From Macrostomum lignano (taxonomy: Eukaryota): DNA of 64,000 bases. The notes beneath the pieces were generated by a model that saw only the letters and a list, made by a program, of their open reading frames with translations, did not search any database and had not been told where the DNA came from. Positions 39,594-49,502 of the stretch are shown here, piece by piece. The DNA lies in assembly GCA_002269645.1 (NCBI GenBank), contig NIVC01000109.1:607670-671669 (forward strand). The letters run 5' to 3'. The position numbers and the translations under genes were made by a program. The first letter of the stretch is position 1. The number at the start of each line of letters is the position of its first letter.

Positions 39594-42500
39594 GTGAGTT
39601 CACGGAGCCTGTGTGAATGGGGGAGTCTGTGTGAATGAGGGATTTTGTGTGAATGAGAGAGCCTGTGTGAATAGGAGAGTCTGTGTGAATGAGGGAGTTT
39701 GTGTGAATGGGGGAGTCTGTGTGAATGAGGGAGTCTGTGTGAATGAGGGAGTCTGTGTGAATGAGAGAGTCTGTTTTGATGAGAGTCTGGAAATGAGAGT
39801 CTGTGTGAATGCGAGAGTCTGTTTTGATGAGAGTCTGGAAATGAGAGTCTGTGTGAATGAGTGAGTTGGTTGATAAAAAATCTGATAATTTAACAATTAT
39901 ACCTGTACATAAGTAATCCTTCTAAAGCTAGTGATGAAAAAATAAAGAACTGATTTGCATTGCAGAGAAATTCGCGGTCTCACATTCAAGGTGAGTCATT
40001 CGTTTTATTCTTTGATAAATTTTGCACTTTAAAGCTTCTCCAAGCAGTAAAAAATTGAATTGCATTTATCGAATGGTCGGCGAATAATGAAGTAGAACTC
40101 AGTTTCTATTCCAGATTCTCTGTTTTTCGAAGTCCTTGTAAAAACTCAATGGATCGAATTTATATTATTATTTATATTTCCATTATTTCGAACCCCCAAG
40201 GACCCCCAAGGACAGTGTACATGCCTAACGATGGGAGAAAGTCTGGACCGCTGTAAACCCTGTGTGAGCCTCTGCTTGCTTTTAAGGCAACCCAGTCCGC
40301 ATCCCGCAGGAGAAGCAGGAGGCCCAGGAGCTGATGAGGCTGGCCAATCGAGCACCGCCCGCCGAATTTCTCCGCCTCGCCACTCGCGTCAACTGCGACT
40401 GGCCGCACCTGCAGTGGTTTCACACCTGCCTGAGCTGCCTGGCTCGCCGCAGCGCCGAGTCGTCCGCCTGCCTCGACTCGCTGCGCCAGCTGGTCGATGA
40501 GCTCCGCGCGGATGCCACCTCCAGCAACACGGCGGGTTGGACGGCGCTGCAAGCGGCTGCCGGCGCCGGGGCCACCGAGGCGGTCCGGCTGCTGGTCGAT
40601 GCCGGAGCCTGGGTGAACTGTCCCGACGGCGACGGCGGCACCGCTTTGATGGAGGCCGCAGCTGCTGGCAAAGTGGAGACTGCTCAAGTGCTGCTCGAGT
40701 TGGGCGCCAATTGGCAGCTGAAAAATGCAAAGGGCGAGACGGCGGAGAGCATCGCTGCCAAGGGAGGGAATGCTGAGCTGATGAAGCTGATGCAGAGGTG
40801 ATGCTGGGTTTGAGGTGGATTTGAGGTGGAGTAGAGGTAGATTAGAGGTAGATTAAAGGTAGATTAGAGGTAGATTAAAGGTAGATTAGAGATAGATTAG
40901 AGGTAGATTAGAGGTAGATTAAAGGTAGATTAGTAGATTAGAGGTAGATTAGAGTTAGAGTTAAGGCGGAGTTGAGGTGGAGTTGAGGTGGAGTTGAAGT
41001 GGAGTTGTGGTAGATTAACTATTGTTTGTATGATTTTTACAAGCAGTTCTGTATGCTTTTAATATTCATTGATAGTATTTTTCTCATTGCAGCTTCCAAG
41101 GCAAAGACTTCTTCAGTACTGATGTTGAGCCCAGGTGAATTGACACAAATTTCGACGATCATATCTACGACGCTTTTGCACAGGTTATCTCTATTCTAAA
41201 AAGGAAACATTAAAAAAACAATTTCAGCCAATCAGCTCAGCTTGAGTCGGACGATATCGCCTCTGGGGAGGAGGATGGCGAGTAAGTTTTGCATCCTAAT
41301 AAAAAGTTTGTTTGTGGACAGTCAATGGTAAAAGGCCAAAAAGATCGAAAGTTGTCAGTGTCTGTTATTAAGAGTAAGTTAAAGCGCGGAATGGGTTTTT
41401 GCCATAGACAAAATCGGTCGAGATTATACACAGTAAACAGACGGTAACGGCTGAATCTTTGCGGCTGAAGAAGGTGAAATATTTATCAATTAGTGTAAGT
41501 GCCCTTCTGCTTTGGTTGTCCATGCAAAAAATGTGATAGAAACCTCCAAGATTACTTCCTAAGATAGATTTGGAAAACTGATTATTTTCAATCGTTTGTT
41601 TTTCTTCATTCAAGTTTCAATCGGGAAGTCACTGCCGATTCTTTCAATCAAGGCGAGCCTCATGTAAACACTGGTTTGCCCTCGAGCCGCAGTTCACGGC
41701 TTCGGTGAATGATCGGAGTCAACAGACTCCTGAGACAGGAATGATGAAGAGAACTTGATTTTGAATAAGCCTTTTTCTGGAAAGGCATTGCCAGATCTGA
41801 CCAGCAGACTCACTCCGATGAGGACAAACCCTCAAGGATCAGAGAGATGATAAAGTCAGGACTCAGTGCTCAGGGGTCAGTGGAATGGGCAAGACTGGAA
41901 TGCTGTAGACATAAGTGAAACTCGATTCGCCATCAGTTCAATGGCGAACTCACCTGCCATGCAGGTACCGAGCAGCCGACTTCTACCCAGTGACGGATCC
42001 GCAGGGCATCTGTTTGGTCATCAACATCAACAAATATTCGCCAAGCTCGAAATTCGAATGCCGCGACGGGTCGGAGCTGGACGTGCAGCGAATTCGACAA
42101 CTGTTCGAGAGGCTGCGCTTCCGCGTGCTTGTGCGACAGGACCTGAGCGTCAACGGGGTGCTCAACTGCCTGCACGAGGTGGCCAACAACCAGGCTGAGC
42201 TGCAAAACCACGGCTGCTTCGTCTGCTTCCTGATGGCTCACGGCACTGCGGACTCCATCTACGGCTGCGACGGGAGACCGCTGGAGATCAAGTGAGGGAG
42301 CTCTAGAGATCAAGTGGTTGTTGATTAATTTCCTGGCCGCTGGGTTGATTTATGATTGATTGATTGACTGATTACTGATTCTGTGGGTGATGGGGGGCTG
42401 ATCCACTGATGATTAGTTTATGAATGGGGTTCTTAGGCCACTAGCGCTGTAAGACTGCTGGTTGTTGGCTGTTAGTTGGTGGTTAACGGTGGCTGTTCCT

Positions 42501-43311
42501 TAATGCTTGGTGGTTGTTAGTTGGCGGTTAACGGTGGCTGTTCCTTAATGTTTTGTGGCTGTTAGTTGGCGGTTAACGGTGGCTGTTCCGTAATGTTTAG
42601 TGGCTGTTAGTTGGCGGTTAACGGTGGCTGTTCCTTAATGTTTAGTGGCTGTTAGTTGGCGGTCAACGGTGGCTGTTCGTTAATGCTTGGTGGCGGATAA
42701 TTAGTGGTTAATGGTAAATGGATAATGACCGATGATTAGTATTTAATAATAGATTATTGATAGGTTGATTTTAAGATAATTTTATCAACGGATTTACCCA
42801 TCGATCACCCCGAATCTTCGTGCCCAGGTACCTCGCCGCCCGATTCCAAGCGAACATCTGCAGCGGGCTGGAGCACAAGCCGAAGATCTTCTTTGTCCAG
42901 GCCTGCAGAGGCGGCCGCACCGAAGCAACGGGTGGCGCCGGCGCCGGCTCGCAGCTGCTCCGCCAGGTGCAGCCGGTGAGCATGGACTCAACTAGCGGGC
43001 CCGCGCCAGTGAAAGACCCGCTGTTCTGCCCGACCGAGAGCGACTTTCTGTTCTGCTACGCCAACACCGAGACCGGCGCGGCCTACCGGGAGCCTCACCG
43101 CGGCTCCATCTTCATCCAGACTCTGTGCACCGTGCTGGAGCGCGAGTACCAACGAGAGCACCTGGTGGACATCATGACCCAGGTGAATCGGCGGGTCAAG
43201 GAGAACCCAGTGCGGTGCCCCGGCCGGCAACTGTTCTACCACTCGGTGCCGGAGATGCGCTCCCAGCTGTCCAAGAAGGTGTCGCTGGATCCGAGCTGGG
43301 CTGCCAAGTAA
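39070..43311 (+). CDS. Ankyrin-repeat/caspase fusion protein (~677 aa; N-terminal ANK array + C14 caspase p20/p10)
   Basis: Exons 39070-39593, 39966-39990, 40310-40797, 41093-41134, 41228-41281, 41615-41704 (optional), 41965-42291, 42828-43311. All junctions are GT-AG and phases match; total 2034 nt = 678 codons including the stop. ANK motifs: GRTPLMLAA, GDTAAHLAA, GRTPLMEAA, GWTALQAAA, GGTALMEAA. Caspase motifs: RDGS, LMAHG, FVQACRG, AAYRE. AATAAA at 43394. Confidence 0.8.
39608..39862. repeat. 18-bp minisatellite (GTGTGAATGAGGGAGTCT)n
   Basis: Directly visible; lies in ANK-caspase intron 1. Confidence 0.92.
40192..40229 (+). mobile_element. SINE tail fragment
   Basis: CCCCCAAGGACAGTGTACATGCCTAACGAT matches the 3' tail of the 16043 SINE. 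Confidence 0.55.
40310..40797 (+). CDS. Ankyrin-repeat exon (~3-4 ANK repeats)
   Basis: GWTALQAAAGAGATEAVRLLVDAGAWVN, GGTALMEAAAAGKVETAQVLLELGA, GETAESIAAKGGN. Acceptor CCCGCAG|GAG; donor AG|GTGATG. Confidence 0.9.
40808..41012. repeat. 11-bp minisatellite (GTAGATTAGAG)n and variants
   Basis: Directly visible. Confidence 0.88.
41965..42291 (+). CDS. Caspase large-subunit exon (catalytic His)
   Basis: GICLVININKY...CRDGSELDVQRIRQLFERLRFRVLVRQDLS...CFVCFLMAHG...IYGCDG, a typical caspase p20 sequence. Confidence 0.93.
42455..42690. repeat. ~45-bp minisatellite (GTTAGTTGGCGGTTAACGGTGGCTGTTCCTTAATGTTTAGTGGCT)n
   Basis: Directly visible; lies in the caspase intron. Confidence 0.9.
42828..43311 (+). 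CDS. Caspase exon with QACRG catalytic Cys, intersubunit linker and p10
   Basis: KPKIFFVQACRG...DFLFCYANTETGAAYREPHRGSIFIQTLC...DIMTQVNRRV...SQLSKKV. Confidence 0.95.
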
Positions 43312-43393
43312 TCAGTTGATAGCAGAGAACCCTGCGCGTCACTGATAACTTGAATTTTTGTATTTTCAATCAGCACAAGTTTCTATGCAGAGA

Positions 43394-43399
43394 AATAAA
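43394..43399 (+). other. Putative polyadenylation signal AATAAA of the ANK-caspase gene
   Basis: AATAAA ~80 nt downstream of the TAA at 43309-43311. Confidence 0.5.
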
Positions 43400-43974
43400 A
43401 CAAAATTTAAAGTATTAAAAAAACACACATCTTTTAGGCGCCAAGAATCAACTAATTTGATTGGTTAATGAATAATTTATTTTTAAAATGTCTGTAAACT
43501 TATATTTTATCCATTTAAAATCGTGCGTGAAAAGTGCTAATAAAAATTTGATAATACAGCTAATAAAGAGGCGCTTTCGCTTCAAACAGAATCAAGGGGA
43601 AGAATTAAATTAAGACTGCATAAGACAGTCCTACAGGCGCTAACTGTTAACTTCTGCGGGTTCAAAGCTCCTTCAGTTTTAGTGAAATACCAACTACAAG
43701 TGTTGAGAGTTGAGAGTTGGGTGCTGAAAGCTAACGAGAACAGTAGATGGGGTCAGGTTTGACATCTGCTTGCCAGCTGGTGCCATCAGCTGCGCGCAAG
43801 CCGCACTGCAAGAGCAAAGCGCTGTTGAAACTGGTGTGCTCAGGCAGTTTCGGCAAGCGTTTGTATGTTTATAATAAGCTAATTTGTTCAGAAAATAAAC
43901 AGGCCCCAGTGCGAGACAAAAGTCGGAGTCTAGAAAAGTTTCTACAGCTTCTCTGCGCTAGCTTATCCGCCTCA

Positions 43975-46956
43975 TCACTTCTTGGCCTCGAGCTCGTTGA
44001 GCTTGTTGACGGTGTCGATCATGTTCTGCACCAGCTCGTACTCGGGCCGGCCGATGCGGTGGAAGTTGGAGATGTCGCAGGTGTCCACAATCTCCGTGTG
44101 CTCGCCGTGGGTGCCGCGCACCTGGCAGCCGAGGCTGCGCGCCAGCTCGTCCAGCTTCTTCAGCCCCATGGTCTTGAACAGGTGCGGCAGCACAATGTGC
44201 ACGCTGCCGCGCAGGCCGGTGCCCAGGTTAGACGGGCAGCAGGTGATCATGCCCAGGTGCTCGGTGCAGAGGAAGGCCTGTGAGTTGCCCGTGATCTTCT
44301 TAATGCCATCCTCGATGGCCTTCACGCCGCGGCAGAGGCGCTCGAAGACGGCCTTGACGTCGCCGCCCTGCTGCATGCTGATGATGCGAATGTGGTCGCC
44401 CTCGTTCAGCCACAGCAGGAAGGTCTTGTCCTTGTTGTGGAAGATGCCGCGGCCGGCGGGCCAGAAGCTGAAATTCGGGGTGAGGAAAATGAGATTCATT
44501 CTCCAGCTCATCCGGCTCAGCGACGTTTGACAAAACTACTTTAAGTAGCAAAATACGAGTGTAGACTTCAAAAAATTCCAGCAATTAACTATGGATACTT
44601 AAATCAAGTAGTTTTTTAGTTTTCAGTATATCTACGGTATGACAGATGATTAGATTGAAGCATTTTGCAAATCTCCGAAATTCAAGCCAGATATGCATAA
44701 ATTCATTCCACCGATGAGTTGCGCTCAAGCACACAAATACGTACGAACGTACACAGGCAGACGCACAGACAGTGTACTCGCTCCGTGCATTGGGGGGGGG
44801 GGTTGGCCGGTCCGCCAAGACCCAGGCCACTTTTTATACACAAGGCCCAAATTTATGTGACTACTAGCTGCGCACAGCACAGCCTCTTGGCGCGAGAGTC
44901 AGATGTGTCACCGCTTGATGAAAGGTTGCCCAAACCAATATTTTCAGTCTGTTCAGACCTTTTATTTAAACTAATTTCAACTGCGTGGTAATGAAACCTA
45001 AGCACCTGTTAGCTGGCAAGCGTTGGTCAAAAACTCTGCAAGTCAGCTTACGCGTGGTAGCCGGAAGCGACCTGGAACCGGTCTCCAGGCTTGAACAGGA
45101 AGTGGTCGTCAACCAGCTGCTGGCGTTGCTCCTTGGTGAGGCTGGCTAGGGAGTAGTAGGTTCCCGCCAGGTCGCCGGTCAGCGTCTCGAATACGCGCTT
45201 CATCAGGTCCTCGATGGCGAGGCGCGACTCCTTGGTGCCGGCCGTGTTCAGCGGGAAGCCGAACAGGTTGCGGGCAACTCGGATTCGCGTCGACTTGATG
45301 TTGGACTTCTCGGCAAAGTCGCCGCGCAGCTTGCCGGCGTCCATGTCGGTCACGTGCTTCCGGTCGGGTCCGTAGCCGCCGTGGTACTTCTCGATGACGG
45401 GGTCGAACAGGGCCGCGAAGTCCGTGTAGCTCTCCAGGTCGCCGGCGTGGCAGCCGACCAGCGAGTCCTCGTTGACGAAGCCGGTGTTGATGGCCTGCGA
45501 TGGAAAGGTTGCAGACCAGAGGATGCTGGATCACCGACTCATGAAGCCTGCGTCAAGGGCACCACATCATCATACCTACATGCACCAGGACACCAAGAAA
45601 CAGGGGTAACCGCCAAGACACAGAGGGCCCACCAAAGAAACAGAGGCGCCCACCAAAACACAGAGACACCCATCAAGAGACAGGGGCGCCCAACAAAGAA
45701 ACAGGGGCGCCCAACAAAGAGACAGAGGCGCCCAACAAAGAGACAGGGGCGCCCAACAAAGAGACAGGGGCGCCCAACAAAGAGACAGAGGCGCCCAACA
45801 AAGAGACAGGGGCGCCCAACAAAGAGACAGGGGCGCCCATCAAGAGACAGGGGCGCCCAACAAACAGGGGCGCCCAGCAAAGAAACAGGGGCGCCCAGCA
45901 AAGAGACAGGGGCGCCCAGCAAAGAGACAGGGGCGCCCAACAAAGAGACAGGGGCGCCCAACAAAGAGACAGGGGCGCCTAACAAAGAGACAGAGGCGCC
46001 CAACAAAGAGACAGGGGCGCCCAACAAAGAGACAGGGGCGCCCATCAAGAGACAGGGGCGCCCAACAAACAGGGGCGCCCAGCAAAGAGACAGGGGCGCC
46101 CAACAAAGAGACAGGGGCGCCCAACAAAGAGACAGGGGCGCCCAACAAAGAGACAGGGGCGCCCATCAAGAGACAGGGGCGCCCAACAAACAGGGGCGCC
46201 CAGCAAAGAAACAGGGGCGCCCAACAAAGAGACAGGGGCGCCCAACAAAGAGACAGGGGCGCCCAACAAAGAGACAGGGGCGCCCAACAAAGAGACAGGG
46301 CGCCCAACAAAGAGACAGGGGCGCCCAACAAAGAGACAGGGATGCCCAACAAAGAGACAGGGGCGCCCAACAAAGAGACCGGGGCGCCCAAAAAAGAGAC
46401 AGGGGCGCCCAACAAAGAGACAGGGGCGCCCAACAAAGAGACAGGGGCGCCCAAAAAAGAGACAGAGGCGCCCAACAAAGAGATAGGGGCGCCCAACAAA
46501 GAGACAGGGGCGCCCAACAAAGAGACAGGGGCACCCAACAAAGAGACAGGGGCGCCCAACAAAGAGACAGGGGCGCCCAACAAAGAGACAGGGGCGCCCA
46601 ACAAAGAGACAGGGGCGCCCAACAAAGAGACAGGGGCGACCACCATCACACAGAAGGTGATGTACATTTCATTCAAAGCTTCATACCTTCCTGAGAGTCC
46701 ACTCGCCAGTCTTGGTTTTGTGATCCTTGAGATCTTTCCAGATCTTCTCGGTCAGGCACTGGCCCATGATGCTCTTGTTGTTAGGCGAGATCTTGGGGAA
46801 CTCCTCGCCCAGAAGGCGGGGGTCCATGACAACTGTGTATTCCTCTGCGTTCGGGTGATAGTTTAAAATATAGCATTGGAGTAAAACTTCAAAGTTGAAT
46901 GGGTTAAGGGTACACAAAACAGTTAAGGTATAATAATTATGCTTACCTGCGGCCAT
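43975..46956 (-). CDS. Phosphagen (ATP:guanido) kinase, arginine-kinase-like, 367 aa
   Basis: Exons 46947-46956 (ATGGCCGCAG|GTAAGC), 46687-46844, 45052-45494, 43975-44467; total 1104 nt. Motifs: [75 protein letters not shown] 5' UTR acceptor lies at ~46979 with a candidate donor at ~47230. Confidence 0.95.
45600..46638. repeat. 21-bp minisatellite (AAAGAGACAGGGGCGCCCAAC)n
   Basis: Directly visible; lies in a phosphagen kinase intron. Confidence 0.96.
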
Positions 46957-49502
46957 TTTAATTTGACGACTTTTGAATCTGTGGGAATTAAGATAAGACA
47001 AACATATTTTTATTTATTTATTATAGGTATGTATGTTGCTTGCCTGTGTAAAGATATATCAAGGAATTCAAGGTGAGTCAGGGTTAAGGAATGATGTCAG
47101 ATGTATTAGAAACGATTGATCAGAAGTAACATGATTTTAAACAAAATTATTAATTTTTTTTTCAATTTACCAAGCTAAGCGAAAAGTATAGCCCCCTGCT
47201 ATATACAGCAGACACTAATGAGAGGCTTACCGTTTGGAAAAGTATACTTTCGCTGCTGCTAGCGGTAGTTTGCAGACTCTGACTAACCTGTGCAGCACTA
47301 TTCCTGCCGTTTGAAATGCTCGTATATTAGCAACGAGGTGCCAAGCCCCCTAAACTAATTCACTTCTTCACCCTTGGAAAATAAATGAGAAAATAATACG
47401 AGAGAGTAAAAAAATGGGCTGCTCAGGCAGAGACTCAACCCTCGAGATATATGGCAAACAATAGGGCAGGACTGACCTGGCAAACAGACGAGAAACTTCG
47501 TATAGGCGGCCTTTTTAGCTTCAGAATTGGACTGTGGGGCGTGCGGGGGCCTCAGTAACCTTCAGTCTGCCATTTTATCGCTTGGGGTGCAGTTGGGGTG
47601 GGGGAGAGACAGAGAGAGACAGAGAGAGACAGAGAGGCCTGAGTGGGAAGACAGTACTAATGTAGAGTGTACAGCACAGGGACGGGGTGTACATCTTCTC
47701 TCTACACCTTTTCCGTTCTTAATTCCCCCTCTCCTCCTCATCCTCTCTAGCGCTCCCAACTTCCAAATATTCCTCAAAAAGCTTCTGGAGTGAAAGGGCG
47801 GCGGGATCTGGATCGTGGCGGTTGGGAGCGGCTGGGGAAGAACGAACCTGGACGTGCAGCCTTGGTGACTGGGGAGTTTCCACAGCTTTTTGGGGGAGTT
47901 TCGATCTGTTCTGTCGCGGCCGCCTCCCATTCGCTTGGCTGGCCAAAAGTGCACAGCTGGCACAGGCACAGCCAGAAGCAGAAGAAAGCAGTTATGTTGC
48001 AGAGAGCTGCCTCATTTCCTTTCAGGGCTTAAGATCCGTGCTGAACTTCTTAACCTTCCACTGGCACCTGTGATAACAAGCTGGTAGAATTGTGTAATTT
48101 TTAATCATTACAAACGACAAATGCGACACGACTGACTTTGCGCAGATATCAGGCATCGGGCTTTAATTATTGCGTCGCAGTTGGACATTGGGCCGTCTGC
48201 AATGTGAAATATTTAATTGACGGGGTCATAAAGAGGTCGCAGACACAGGTAGCTGTGCTAATTGGCGATATTTTCTTCACTCGTGACTTTTGCAAGCCAC
48301 TACAGCAGGCCTTATCAGTTTGCTTTCCTATCTGTTTTTATCTACCGTGACGGATGCGCAGATTGCATGAATATTACAATGACCTTCTGTAGTCTTCTGT
48401 CTGTAGATAAAGACACAAAACCAAATGCTTTTCAAACTTCGTGGGAACAATATGGCTTTTCTGGTTCGCTCTCGGGTTGCGTGTGGGACCGGGTACAGGG
48501 GTCGCTTTTTCATCTTTCGAATCGGCGCTGCACTGTGCACCAAGTCCAGGACAGCTGCTGTTGGCGAAATGTTAACAAAACACACAGTTGGTTTGGATCA
48601 GTGGCTCTATATTGGCAGTAAGTGTAGCACAGCATGTAGTGATATAGAGTGAGGCAGACATGCACCGAGCCAAGATTAGCATAGCAGGTCCAAGGTTAAG
48701 TAACCAGCATTGCACACAGGGCCAACAGTGAACAACTAGAAGGGATCATGCTGTACCTAGTACATGTAATGTAGTTCATTGTGCTTTGGCCAATTTTTAT
48801 TAAACTTATGGTACTTTAGAAGCTAATATTTTTAACAAATATGTCGTCTCTCTCGATCAGAAAATCTATAAAGTTGCAAGTTTCAATCTTTGGTGCACAG
48901 AGATTGGACAATCAATTTAGGTTACCCAAAGACATGCAATGCCTACTTGTGCTCTATAAGCAGCTGCTCAGTTACCAGCGGGAACAGCTGACACAGAAAC
49001 GGCATTTGTCTTATTGATTAGCAGAATCTGTTCGATCCTACGGTCTTCCGTTGATCCAACCATATGATAGAGAATGTGGTTGGACGATCAGTTACTGGAC
49101 TCAAACTAGCTGCTTCCCTATTTCGTAGCTCTGTTGCTAGGCAATTTCACGGTTAAAATAACATGAAGCACCTCGATATTGAGCGCTTATGTATGAGTAA
49201 TCCAGTATTGAAACACACGAGCTAAAATCACTAGGAGCATAAACATAGATTTTTTTTAAATAAAACGTTTTTAGTTCCAAAGAGCAGAAATTACGTAAAT
49301 ATATCGAGCTCAAAGTCAAACAGAAGCTGCTAGGTCAATAGCGGTATATAGTATACTGGCAATCGCATAATGATTTTTTTAATCAGGCGCGGAATTACTG
49401 AATAAAAGTGTGCGAGCGTTTTTTTTTAAATTCCACCTGCTTCCTGTAGGTTGTACGCAGCTGGTAGTTCTACTAGACAAGTTAAGATGTACTTGAGTAA
49501 AT

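Noticed and set aside
42284-42316. 11-bp direct repeat GAGATCAAGTG duplicating the caspase 5' splice site
   Set aside because: The second donor would include the in-frame TGA. It is probably a small local duplication; no element boundaries were found.
39070-43311. Separate ankyrin genes next to a short-prodomain caspase
   Set aside because: The stops coincide with splice donors, in-phase bridging exons exist, and the caspase ORF lacks its own start. Not fully excluded without RNA data.
43982-44530. Plus-strand ORFs overlapping the phosphagen kinase
   Set aside because: Antisense shadows caused by GC-rich codon bias.
47300-49400. Short ORFs between the kinase and receptor genes
   Set aside because: No domain signatures or consistent exon chain.
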